Positions 7,790-16,290 of a stretch of DNA of 40,724 nucleotides are shown here, in pieces. Numbering within the stretch: the stretch's first letter is position 1; every line of letters begins with the position of its first letter. The DNA is taken from assembly GCA_019237595.1 (NCBI GenBank), contig JAFAGU010000348.1:1-40724 (forward strand), in the 5' to 3' direction. The notes under the pieces are model-generated. The model saw nothing but the letters and a program-made list of their open reading frames with translations. It searched no databases and had not been told where the DNA came from. This DNA comes from Betaproteobacteria bacterium. Lineage in GTDB: Bacteria > Pseudomonadota > Gammaproteobacteria > Burkholderiales > SG8-39. Both the position numbers and the translations under genes were made by a program.

Positions 7790-8878
7790 TCACTTCAGGA
7801 TGAGCTTCTGCACGCGCCAGTTGAGGAGCTCGGCCACGTAGAGCTCCTTCTCCGACGGGCACGCGATCTCGTGGATCCAGCCGAATTGCTTGAGCTGCTT
7901 GCCGGACTCGCCGAGCATGCCGAGGAGCTTGCCGTCGAGCGAGAGCTTGTAGACGCGGCCCGGGTAAGCGTCCGAGGCGAAGAGCATAGGGTTCGGCCCC
8001 GGTGTGATGCACACCGCCCAGGGCGCGCCCGGCGCCATGGTGAGCGGCGCGCCCGCCGCGATGATTTTCTCGACGATCGGCACGGGACCGATGGCGGCGC
8101 GCGCGTCCGGCGGCACGGGCGCGTCGATGCGGATCTCGCGCAGCACGTTGCCCTCGCCGTCGAAGACCTGGATGCGCCGGTTTCCGCGGTCGGCGACGTA
8201 CAGATTGCCTTTCGCGTCCGCCGCGATGCTGTGCGGCGTGTTGAGCTGCCCCGGGCCGGCGCCGGGCTCGCCGAAGGACTTTATCCAGTTGCCCGCCTTG
8301 TCGACCTTCGCGACGCGCGAATTGATATAGCCGTCGCTGATGTACGTGTTCCCCTGCGGATCCCACGCGACGTCGGTCACCTGGCGGAAGCGGCCGATTT
8401 CCGGCGGAAGCGGCGGCTTGTGGCGCTCGAGCGGCCCGGTCTCCTTGTCGGAGGCTTCCTGCTTGCGCCCGAACACCATGAGCACGCGGCCGGCGGGATT
8501 GAACTTCACCACCATGTCCGAGCCCTTGTCGGTGACCCAGATGTTGTCCTGCGGATCGATGCGCACGGTGTGGCCGTAGGACCACGCGTAGAGGTTCTTC
8601 CCGATCTCGCGGAGGAACTTGCCGTTGCGATCGAACTCGAGGAGCTGGGTTGCCGCCGCCGCGTAGGCCGGCCCGCTCGTGTTGCCGCGCGAGAGGACGA
8701 AGACGTGGCCCTTCGAGTTGACGGCGACGCCGGTCGCTTCGCCGAAATACAGGTTCGCCGGCAGCTTGAGCGGATCGGGGACCGAGTCGAACGCGATGAC
8801 GGGGACGTCCTGCGCGGCCGCAATGCGCCCGGCTGCGAGCGCCGCGGCGAGCGCGGCGGCCTGCATGGCCTTCCTCAT
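7790..8878 (-). CDS. secreted NHL-repeat six-bladed beta-propeller protein (PAL-like)
   Basis: The ATG at 8878 (MRKAMQAAALAAALAA...) is preceded by GGAGGAGG. NHL-like repeats are present (GVAVNSKGHVFV, IDPQDNIWVTD, VAWDPQGNTYISD, IAADAKGNLYVADRGNRRIQVF). The track ORF start at 8902 is 8 codons upstream. Confidence 0.75.
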   Translation of the reverse strand: MRKAMQAAALAAALAAGRIAAAQDVPVIAFDSVPDPLKLPANLYFGEATGVAVNSKGHVFVLSRGNTSGPAYAAAATQLLEFDRNGKFLREIGKNLYAWSYGHTVRIDPQDNIWVTDKGSDMVVKFNPAGRVLMVFGRKQEASDKETGPLERHKPPLPPEIGRFRQVTDVAWDPQGNTYISDGYINSRVAKVDKAGNWIKSFGEPGAGPGQLNTPHSIAADAKGNLYVADRGNRRIQVFDGEGNVLREIRIDAPVPPDARAAIGPVPIVEKIIAAGAPLTMAPGAPWAVCITPGPNPMLFASDAYPGRVYKLSLDGKLLGMLGESGKQLKQFGWIHEIACPSEKELYVAELLNWRVQKLILK

Positions 8879-8903
8879 GGCACCTCCTCCAGAGGCGCTC
8901 ATC

Positions 8904-9863
8904 CTACTGCGGCTGGAAGCCGATGTCCTTCACGAGCTTGCCGTATTTCGCGTAGTCGTTCCTGAGGTACTCGGCGAAGTATTCCGGCGATTCGGCGACG
9001 ACGGTCAGGCCGTTGTTCACGAGCTTCTCGCTCACGTCCGGCAGCCTGACGGCGCGGTTGATCTCCTCGTTCAGGCGCACGACGATCTCGTGCGGCGTGC
9101 CCGCCGGGGCGACGTAGCCGAACCAGCCGCCCGACTCGTACCCGGGCACCGCCTCGCTCGCCGCCGGGACGTCCGGCCAGAGCGGCACGCGCGTCCGGTT
9201 CGTGACGGCGATCATGCGCACGCGGCCGGACTTGGCGTGCGGCGCCGCCGTGGCAATGCTCGTGATGCCGGCCATGACCTGGCCGCCGGCCAGGTCGCCG
9301 ACGATCGCCGAAGCGCCTTTGTACGGCACGTGCGTGAAAGTGAAGCCGCCCAGCACGCGCAGGTATTCGAAAGCGAGGTGCGGGAATCCGCCCTCGCCGT
9401 TCGTCGCGACCGTGAGCGCGCCGGGATGCAACTTCGCGTAGGCGACCATCTCCTGGATGGTGGCGAACGGCCCCTGCGGGCTCGAGATGATGCCGAGGTA
9501 GTTGGTGGTCGAGAGCGCGATCGGCGAGAAGTCCCGCAGCGCGTGGTAGGCGACGTTGCGGCTCGTGTGGGGCAGCATCGCCATGTTGCCCGCCTGCCCG
9601 CCGCCGATCGTGTAGCCGTCGGGCGCCGCCTTGGCGACGAGGTCGAGGCCGAGCATGCCGCTCGCGCCGGGCCGGTTGTCGACGATGAGCTGCTGCCCGA
9701 GCCGCTCGCTCACCTTGGGGGCGATGAGCCGCGACATGATGTCCATCGTCTCGCCCGGCGGGAAGGGCACGATGAGGCGGACCGGCCTGGAAGGATAGTT
9801 TTGCGCCGAGACGCTCGCTGCAAGAACGAGAAAGGCAAGAACCGCAAGTGCCCGGACCTTCAT
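8904..9863 (-). CDS. Bug/TctC family tripartite tricarboxylate transporter substrate-binding protein (orphan, no tctAB nearby)
   Basis: The ATG at 9863 overlaps the stop of the upstream hydrolase (ATGA). The N-terminus MKVRALAVLAFLVLAASVSAQNYPSRPVRLIVPFPPG is the hallmark start of the Bug family. The protein is 319 aa. Confidence 0.9.
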   Translation of the reverse strand: MKVRALAVLAFLVLAASVSAQNYPSRPVRLIVPFPPGETMDIMSRLIAPKVSERLGQQLIVDNRPGASGMLGLDLVAKAAPDGYTIGGGQAGNMAMLPHTSRNVAYHALRDFSPIALSTTNYLGIISSPQGPFATIQEMVAYAKLHPGALTVATNGEGGFPHLAFEYLRVLGGFTFTHVPYKGASAIVGDLAGGQVMAGITSIATAAPHAKSGRVRMIAVTNRTRVPLWPDVPAASEAVPGYESGGWFGYVAPAGTPHEIVVRLNEEINRAVRLPDVSEKLVNNGLTVVAESPEYFAEYLRNDYAKYGKLVKDIGFQPQ

Positions 9864-11560
9864 TTCGCCGGAATGATGGGCAGGAGGAGGAAAGGCTTGC
9901 GGTCGAAGTGCAGCGTCACCTTGCCGCCGAAGACTGCGCGGGGGCGGTCCGTCTCGTCGTCGTGCGTGAAGGGGCCGCAGCCCTTCATCGGGTTTTTCAT
10001 GTTGGAAAGCGTCGCCGCAGCGTCGTCGTGCTCGTAGTCGCGGCCGAGGATCGTGAGCGCGAGCTTCCAGCCCTTCGGGATCACGATGCAGGTCGGCCAG
10101 ATCTCGACGTCGAGCTCGTATTCCTTCCCCGGCACGAGCTTCTGGATCTCGTCGTGCGTGTGCCAGGGCCGGTAGGGAAGGCTCTTCGCCGGGTCGAGCT
10201 TGCGGTGCGAGGCGCGCAGCCACCCCTGCGCGACCGGCGTCTTCGGATCGAGCGCGCCCTGGAAGAGCACCTCCTTCCCGCCCGGCTCGAACACCCTCAG
10301 CACGGCGAAGATGTCCGCGTCGTTCGTCGCGGAAGAGATGAAGAGCTTGAGGGCGGAGGGGCCGGTGATCTCGGTCTCCTCGGGCATCGCCATGGAGAAC
10401 GTGACGCCTTTTCCGAACGGGTCGTATTCGATCTTGTTTTTTGAAACGGAGCCGTCGGACCAGGAAAGGGAAAGGTCCTTGGGCTCGAGAAAGAGCTTCG
10501 TCCACTTCGTGCGCGCGAGCGGCCACTCGCTTTCGTGGCGCATCACGAACTTCTCACCGGGGTGGCGCACATTCAGCTGCACGCGCGGCTGGCGGTCCCA
10601 GCCGTTCGGCTCGCCCTTCAGGAAGAAATCGAAAAACCGCTTCTGCAGCGCGACGCCGTAGTCGGTGTAGAAGGGCGCCCAGTGCGACCCGCCGTGCGCC
10701 TCGAGCCACTTTTCCTTCGAGGCGGCGCGCGCGAAGCCCTCGAAGTTGCCGCGCGTGTGCAGGCCCTGACCGCCCCAGTTCGCCGCCGAGAGGAGCGGCA
10801 CCGTGACCCTGGAAAGGTCGGCGCTTCGCTCGACGTAGTACTCGTCCCAGCGCTCGCGCGAGAGGAACGCCTGCCACATGTTCTCCCGGTTCTTGACGAG
10901 CTCGGCCTCGCCCAGGATCTCCGGGCCGCACACGGGCTCGCCCGTGTTCGGGTTCTTCTTGCCATTGTCGAAGCCGTGCTGCACGGTCTTCACCTGCATG
11001 TCCTGCCAGTTCTTGCGGAAGCTGCAGACCATGCCGCCGTGGCGCGCGCTCTCGCGATAGGCGTCGTTCCAGCCTTCCCAGGCGCAGATCGCGGCGAGGT
11101 GCGGAGGATGCGTGGCGGCGGCGCGCCACTGGTTGCTCGCATAGTAGGAGATGCCGTTCATGCCGACTTTCCCCGAGCACCAGGGCTGCGCGGCGGCCCA
11201 CTCGATGCAGAGGTGGATGTCGCGCGTCTCGCGCGCGTCGTTGTGGCAGAGATAGCCCGGCGAGCGTCCGGCGCCGCGCGAGTCGACCCGGATGCATGCG
11301 TAGCCGTGGGGAACCCACTTCTCGGGATCGACCACTTCCCAGTTCTGGTAGCGGTTCGAGGTGCCGCTCACGGCGTCCGGGTTCTCGCGCGCCATGATCT
11401 CCCACGCGGTCTTGTAGCCTTCCTGGAACGCGAGGCCCTTGCCGTACGGCCCGTAGGAGAGGAGCGCCGGGTAGCGGCCCGGCTCGTCCGGGCGGAAAAC
11501 GTCGGCCCGCAGCACGAGGCCGTCGTCCATCGCGATCGGCACGTCCCAGTCGATCTTCAT
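9860..11560 (-). CDS. CocE/NonD family (S15, X-Pro dipeptidyl-peptidase-like) hydrolase
   Basis: MKIDWDVPIAMDDGLVLRADVFRPDEPGRYPALLSYGPYGK is the typical family N-terminus. GISYYASNQW is the nucleophile-elbow region. I chose the start at 11560. The ATG at 11629 would overlap the divergent gene's start codon. Confidence 0.85.
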   Translation of the reverse strand: MKIDWDVPIAMDDGLVLRADVFRPDEPGRYPALLSYGPYGKGLAFQEGYKTAWEIMARENPDAVSGTSNRYQNWEVVDPEKWVPHGYACIRVDSRGAGRSPGYLCHNDARETRDIHLCIEWAAAQPWCSGKVGMNGISYYASNQWRAAATHPPHLAAICAWEGWNDAYRESARHGGMVCSFRKNWQDMQVKTVQHGFDNGKKNPNTGEPVCGPEILGEAELVKNRENMWQAFLSRERWDEYYVERSADLSRVTVPLLSAANWGGQGLHTRGNFEGFARAASKEKWLEAHGGSHWAPFYTDYGVALQKRFFDFFLKGEPNGWDRQPRVQLNVRHPGEKFVMRHESEWPLARTKWTKLFLEPKDLSLSWSDGSVSKNKIEYDPFGKGVTFSMAMPEETEITGPSALKLFISSATNDADIFAVLRVFEPGGKEVLFQGALDPKTPVAQGWLRASHRKLDPAKSLPYRPWHTHDEIQKLVPGKEYELDVEIWPTCIVIPKGWKLALTILGRDYEHDDAAATLSNMKNPMKGCGPFTHDDETDRPRAVFGGKVTLHFDRKPFLLLPIIPAK

Positions 11561-11627
11561 GCGCCCGCCCGATTGACCCTCGAAGGCGGGAAAGCCTACA
11601 CTCGTTCCATCTTCCGGAGGACTCGCC

Positions 11628-12665
11628 ATGTCGAACGCCTTCCGCCTGCTCGCCGCGCTCCTCGCCCTTGCGGCGCTCCCCGCCGCCGCGCAAAAGTCGC
11701 TCGTCTACGTCACGAACAGCGCGGGCGACAGCATCCACGTCATCGACCCGTCCACGCAGAAGGTCGTGCAGGAGATCCAGGGCATCGAGGCGGCGCACGG
11801 CATCGGGTTCTCGGCCGACGCGAGCCGCGTGTACGTGAGCAACGAGGCCGAGACGACGCTCGACGTCTTCGACCAGCGCAGCGGGAAGCGGCTCGCGCAG
11901 GTGCCGCTCTCGGGCCACCCGAACAACATCGCGGTGACCAAGGACGGCGGCCGCATCGTGGTGGGCATCGCGCAGGAACCCGGCGCGCTCGACATCGTCG
12001 ATGCGCGGAGCCTCCGCGTCACGAAAAGCATCCCCGTGCAGGGGCGCCTGCACAACGTCTACGTGACGCCGGACAACAAGTACGCCATCACGGGCTCGAT
12101 CCGCACGAAGGTCATCACGGTGATCGACCTCGCCACCGAGCAGGTCGCCTGGCAGATCACGCTCGACGAAGGCATCCGCCCCATGGCGATCGAGGCGGGA
12201 CCCGACGGCTCGACGCGCCGGATCTACGCGCAGCTCTCGAACCTGAACGGGTTCTCGGTGATCGACTTCGCGTCGCGCAAGGAGGTCGCGCGCATCCAGC
12301 TTCCGGAGCGCGGCTTCGGCGTCGCCGAGCGCCGCATGGACTCGCCCTCGCACGGGATCGGCGTGGCGCCCGACGGGGGGACGCTCTGGGTGACGAGCAT
12401 CGCGGCCAATTCCGTGTTCGCCTACTCGCTTCCGGAGCTGAAGCTCGTCGGCGAGGTGGCGCTGCCCGACATCCGCGTTGCCGGGCTTGCGCCCATCAGC
12501 GCGGTGCCGAACTGGGTCACCTTCACGCCGGACAGCCGGCTGCTCTACATCACCAACGCCGCGGCGAAGTCCGTCTCGGTGGTGGACACGCGGAGCATGA
12601 AGCTCGTGGCGACGGTGCCCGTCGGCGAGGTGCCGAAGCGGCTCAACACGCTGGTCTTCCGCTAG
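11628..12665 (+). CDS. secreted YVTN-family beta-propeller repeat protein
   Basis: The protein is 345 aa with a signal peptide ending AAAQ. Repeats are present: LVYVTNSAGDSIHVID, RVYVSNEAETTLDVFD, LWVTSIAANSVFAYS and LLYITNAAAKSVSVVD. Confidence 0.75.
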   Translation: MSNAFRLLAALLALAALPAAAQKSLVYVTNSAGDSIHVIDPSTQKVVQEIQGIEAAHGIGFSADASRVYVSNEAETTLDVFDQRSGKRLAQVPLSGHPNNIAVTKDGGRIVVGIAQEPGALDIVDARSLRVTKSIPVQGRLHNVYVTPDNKYAITGSIRTKVITVIDLATEQVAWQITLDEGIRPMAIEAGPDGSTRRIYAQLSNLNGFSVIDFASRKEVARIQLPERGFGVAERRMDSPSHGIGVAPDGGTLWVTSIAANSVFAYSLPELKLVGEVALPDIRVAGLAPISAVPNWVTFTPDSRLLYITNAAAKSVSVVDTRSMKLVATVPVGEVPKRLNTLVFR

Positions 12666-13084
12666 CGGAGCGTCGCGCCGCGCGCCCAGTCGGAGAGGCG
12701 TTTCCACTCGGGATCGTCGCGGGAAGCGAACTGGCGACCGCCGGAATGGTACGCATCGCCTCCCGCCTCGGGCGCGAGCGGATGCATGAGGAGGAGCCCC
12801 GCCTTGCCGTCCCCCGGCACCACGAGCCGCGACACCGTCTCGAAATTGAGCCGCGCCTGCTCTTCCGTCCAACCCTTGGCGCCCGGCGCGAGCGGCTGCA
12901 GCCGCAGCGCGTTGGTGCTCCGTTCAGAATGGCAGACGATGCAGCGCGTGTGCCCCGGGCGCTTCTCGAGGAAGATCGGCTGGACGCGCGCCTTGAAGTA
13001 CTCGTAGTCGAGCGCCTGCGCTATGCCGGGCGCCGGCGCGAGCGCGCCCGCGAAAAACGAAAGCAGCACGAACCCTGCCCGCAT
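12662..13084 (-). CDS. small secreted CxxCH protein (PSCyt1-like cytochrome c domain)
   Basis: The ATG at 13084 is preceded by AAGGAGG at 5-nt spacing. The signal peptide is MRAGFVLLSFFAGALAPAPGIAQA. The segment YFKARVQPIFLEKRPGHTRCIVCHS resembles the planctomycete-type cytochrome c N-terminal motif. The protein is 140 aa. Confidence 0.6.
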   Translation of the reverse strand: MRAGFVLLSFFAGALAPAPGIAQALDYEYFKARVQPIFLEKRPGHTRCIVCHSERSTNALRLQPLAPGAKGWTEEQARLNFETVSRLVVPGDGKAGLLLMHPLAPEAGGDAYHSGGRQFASRDDPEWKRLSDWARGATLR

Positions 13085-13116
13085 GGAAACCTCCTTGGCG
13101 CGCTATCTTAATACCC

Positions 13117-14442
13117 GTGGATGAGACCCTGATCCTCGCCCGGGCGCAGTTCGGGCTCAACATCGGGTTCCACATCCTCTTCCCGAGCATCACCATCGGG
13201 CTCGCCTGGATCCTCTTCGTCTTCCGGCTGCGCCACGAGCGCGCGACGAACCCCGAGGCGCGGCAGGCGTGGCTCACGACCTACCAGCGCTGGGTCAAGG
13301 TCTTCGCCGTGTGCTTCGCGATGGGCGTGGTCACCGGCGTGGTCATGAGCTTCCAGTTCGGCACCAACTGGCCCGGCTACATGACGACGGTCGGGAACAT
13401 CGCCGGGCCGCTCCTCGCCTACGAGGTCCTCACGGCGTTCTTCCTCGAGGCGACCTTCCTCGCCGTGATGCTCTTCGGGATGGACCGCGTCTCCGGGCGC
13501 ATGCACCTTGCCTCGACGTTCATCGTCGCCTTCGGCACCACGGTCTCGGCGTTCTGGATCCTCGCGCTCAACTCTTGGATGCAGACGCCCGCCGGCCATG
13601 CGCTCGCGGCCGCGGAGACCGGCGGCGGTCGCCTCGTCGCCGAGAGCTGGCTGCACGTGATCTTCAATCCCTCGTTCCCCTATCGCCTGGCGCACATGCT
13701 CCTCGCTTCAGGGATCACCGCATCCTTCTTCGTCGCCGGCCTTTCGGCCTGGCGGCTCCTCAAGGCCCCGGCCGATGCAGGCGCGCGGGGAACGCTGCGC
13801 CTCGGCGTGCACGCCGCCGCCGTGCTCGTGCCGCTGCAGATCGCGGTCGGCGACCTGCACGGGCTCAACACGCGCGAGCACCAGCCGGCGAAGATCGCGG
13901 CGCTGGAAGCGATCTGGAAGACGCAGCGCGGCGCGCCGCTCACGCTCCTCGGCCTGCCCGACGAAGCGGAGGGCCGCACACGCTTCGCCATCGAGGTTCC
14001 CAAGGCCGGATCCCTCATCCTCGCGCACGACGCGGACGCCGAGATCCGAGGGCTCGATGCCTTTCCCGAGCATGCGCCCGTGGCGCCGGTCTTCTTCGCC
14101 TTCCGCGCCATGGTCGGCATGGGCGTCCTGATGCTCGGCGTCGCCTGGTTCTCCACCTGGAAGCTGAGAAACGGCGAGGCGCCGCGGCCGCTCCTCTGGC
14201 TGCTCTCGGCCTTCACCTTCTCCGGCTGGATCGCGACGCTCGCGGGCTGGCTCGTGACCGAGATCGGCCGCCAGCCGTGGCTCGTCACCGGAATCCTGAA
14301 GACCGCGGACGCCGCCGGGCGCGCGAGCGGCGCGCAGCTCGGCGCGAGCCTCACGGCCTATGTGCTCACGTATGCGGCGCTGCTCCTCTCCTTCGTCGTC
14401 GTCGTCACGCACATGGCGAGCGCCGGGGAGGAGAGAAAGTGA
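13117..14442 (+). CDS. cydA: cytochrome bd-type quinol oxidase subunit I (short Q-loop, CIO-like length)
   Basis: The protein starts with GTG and is 441 aa. The canonical N-terminus is LARAQFGLNIGFHILFPSITIGLAW, followed by FGTNW and EATFLAVMLFG motifs. Its short length suggests the cyanide-insensitive subgroup. Confidence 0.9.
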   Translation: MDETLILARAQFGLNIGFHILFPSITIGLAWILFVFRLRHERATNPEARQAWLTTYQRWVKVFAVCFAMGVVTGVVMSFQFGTNWPGYMTTVGNIAGPLLAYEVLTAFFLEATFLAVMLFGMDRVSGRMHLASTFIVAFGTTVSAFWILALNSWMQTPAGHALAAAETGGGRLVAESWLHVIFNPSFPYRLAHMLLASGITASFFVAGLSAWRLLKAPADAGARGTLRLGVHAAAVLVPLQIAVGDLHGLNTREHQPAKIAALEAIWKTQRGAPLTLLGLPDEAEGRTRFAIEVPKAGSLILAHDADAEIRGLDAFPEHAPVAPVFFAFRAMVGMGVLMLGVAWFSTWKLRNGEAPRPLLWLLSAFTFSGWIATLAGWLVTEIGRQPWLVTGILKTADAAGRASGAQLGASLTAYVLTYAALLLSFVVVVTHMASAGEERK

Positions 14443-15425
14443 GCGAAGCGCTCGTCCTCGTCTTCACCGCGCTGATGGGCGCGGCCGTGCTCGCGTACGT
14501 GATCCTCGACGGCTACGACCTCGGCGTAGGCATGCTCATGCCGGCCGCGAAAGACGACGAGCAGCAGCGCATGGTGAACTCGATCGGCCCGTTCTGGGAC
14601 GCGAACGAGACCTGGCTGGTGCTCGGCATCGGCCTCCTCCTCGTGGCCTTCCCGCGCGCGCACGGCATCGTGCTCGGCGCGCTCTACCTCCCGGTCGCGG
14701 CGATGCTGGTCGGGCTCATGTTCCGCGGCGTGGCGTTCGAATTCCGCGTGAAGGCGCACGGCTGGCACCGGGAGCTCTGGAACTGGCTCTTCTGGGCGGG
14801 CTCCTTCCTCGCGTCGTTCGCGCAAGGCCTCATGCTCGGCCGCTACGTCACCGGCTTCGATCGCGGCTTCGGCTCCTGGCTCTTCGCCGTCGTCGTCGGC
14901 GGCGCGCTCTGCGGAGGGTACGTGCTCCTGGGCGCGACGTGGCTCATCCTGCGCACCGACGGGGTGCTGCAGCGTAAGGCAATCGCCTGGGCCCGCTGGG
15001 GCCTCGCCTGGGTCGCGCTCGGCGTCGCGCTCGTCTCGCTCGCCATGCCGCTCGTCAGCCAGACGATCCGGGAGAAGTGGTTCGCCTTCCCGCTCATCGT
15101 GGCGCTCTCGCCCCTGCCGCTAGGCAGCCTGCTCGCGGGATTCTTCCTCTACCGCAGCCTCGGACGAAGCGACTGGAAGCCGTTCGCCTGCGCCGTCGCG
15201 ATCTTCGTCCTCGCCTTTGCCGGCCTCGCCTACAGCCTCTTCCCATACGTGGTGATGGACCGCATGACGATCTGGGACGCCGCCGCGGACAAGAGCGCGC
15301 TCGGGTTCCTGCTCGCGGGCGCGGCCGTCGTCCTGCCGTTCATCGCGGGCTACACGATCTACGTCTACCGGGTTTTCGGCGGCAAGGCGAAGCCGGGCGA
15401 CCTGTACGGAGAAACCCGGCTCTAG
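14439..15425 (+). CDS. cydB: cytochrome bd-type quinol oxidase subunit II
   Basis: The GTG at 14439 overlaps the cydA stop (GTGA). The sequence reads VLAYVILDGYDLGVGML...IGPFWDANETWLVLG. The protein is 328 aa. It is the 3' third of track ORF 13269..15425. Confidence 0.9.
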   Translation: MSEALVLVFTALMGAAVLAYVILDGYDLGVGMLMPAAKDDEQQRMVNSIGPFWDANETWLVLGIGLLLVAFPRAHGIVLGALYLPVAAMLVGLMFRGVAFEFRVKAHGWHRELWNWLFWAGSFLASFAQGLMLGRYVTGFDRGFGSWLFAVVVGGALCGGYVLLGATWLILRTDGVLQRKAIAWARWGLAWVALGVALVSLAMPLVSQTIREKWFAFPLIVALSPLPLGSLLAGFFLYRSLGRSDWKPFACAVAIFVLAFAGLAYSLFPYVVMDRMTIWDAAADKSALGFLLAGAAVVLPFIAGYTIYVYRVFGGKAKPGDLYGETRL

Positions 15426-15426
15426 C

Positions 15427-15443
15427 GCCGCACGCGCTGCGGC
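15427..15443. terminator. GC hairpin between convergent cydB and hicB (no U-tract)
   Basis: GCCGCA-cgcgc-TGCGGC fills the whole 18-nt gap between the two stop codons. Confidence 0.25.
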
Positions 15444-15701
15444 TCAGGCCGCGCGCGGAATCGGAACGATGAAGTTCTCGCGCACGACGTCCTTGCCGGC
15501 GATCATTTCCTCGGCGCCGCGGCGCTCCTCGTCGAACACCACCTCGGCGAGCTTGCGCAGCGTGTCGCGCGCCTCGTCCAGCGTGCGGCCGTGCGAGTTC
15601 ACGCCGGGCAGCTCCTCGATGAAGCCGACATAGCCGTGCTCGCCCTTGAGGTACACCGCCGTGAAGGCAATCTTTCCCTGCTCCAGCCGGCCTTGTTCCA
15701 T
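15444..15701 (-). CDS. hicB: HicB-family antitoxin-like protein (UPF0150 fold)
   Basis: The ATG at 15701 is preceded by GAGGAGGA. The 85-aa protein reads FTAVYLKGEHGYVGFIEELPGVNSHGRTLDEARDTLRKLAEVV, matching the HicB pattern (beta strands, then PG..s.G.TleEA). The frame stays open upstream to the ATG at 15770. Confidence 0.7.
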   Translation of the reverse strand: MEQGRLEQGKIAFTAVYLKGEHGYVGFIEELPGVNSHGRTLDEARDTLRKLAEVVFDEERRGAEEMIAGKDVVRENFIVPIPRAA

Positions 15702-15871
15702 TCGTGTCCTCCTCGCGTGAAGCGTGAAACCAATCCGGTCGAGGTTACGCCTTTCTTCTTGCAGCGGCATGACAAATATCGGCGCGAGTCTCAGAGCAAA
15801 ACCGCTGTAGTGGAGACTACGACAATGACGTTTTGCGGCGCGAAAAATGCTGCGCCGCGTTTCCGTCGCGT

Positions 15872-16195
15872 TCATTCCTCGAGGAGACTTTTCTTCTCGA
15901 GGATCTTCGCCCAATGATCGGCGTCCGCGGGCGCGGGCTTGCGCTCGATGATCGGCTTCCACTTCTTTGCGAGCTCGGCGTTCTTCGCGATGAAACCCTG
16001 CTGCTCGTTCGGAACGTCGTCCTCCGCGAAGATCGCCTCGACAGGGCACTCCGGCACGCACAGCGTGCAGTCGATGCACTCGTCGGGATCGATGACGAGC
16101 ATGTTCGGACCCTCGCGGAAGCAATCCACGGGGCAGACATCGACGCAGTCCGTGTACTTGCACTTGATGCAGCGCTCGGTGACGACGTAGGCCAT
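15872..16195 (-). CDS. fdxA: 7Fe (3Fe-4S/4Fe-4S) ferredoxin, Azotobacter FdxA type
   Basis: The sequence [51 protein letters not shown] is near-canonical. The protein is 107 aa. Confidence 0.95.
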   Translation of the reverse strand: MAYVVTERCIKCKYTDCVDVCPVDCFREGPNMLVIDPDECIDCTLCVPECPVEAIFAEDDVPNEQQGFIAKNAELAKKWKPIIERKPAPADADHWAKILEKKSLLEE

Positions 16196-16290
16196 GCGGC
16201 CATTTTAATTCAGCCTGAAATCAAGCATTTATTCAGCGCCCGCCGGAAGCCTCATAATGCGGTTTCCGCAACACCCCCGCACGAGGACCC

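Noticed and set aside
11561-11629. Longer CocE/NonD start (MASPPEDGTSVGFPAFEGQSGGR...) at ATG 11629
   Set aside because: It would overlap the start codon of the divergent YVTN gene within a shared CATG (11627-11630), leaving no promoter space. Family N-termini normally begin at the MKIDWDVPI... equivalent. It is not fully excluded.
10535-13111. 858-aa plus-strand ORF and 772-aa minus-strand ORF (10554..12872) spanning several genes
   Set aside because: Both are Arg/Ala/Gly/Pro-rich nonsense crossing gene boundaries. The same DNA encodes well-supported CocE/NonD, YVTN and CxxCH proteins in other frames.
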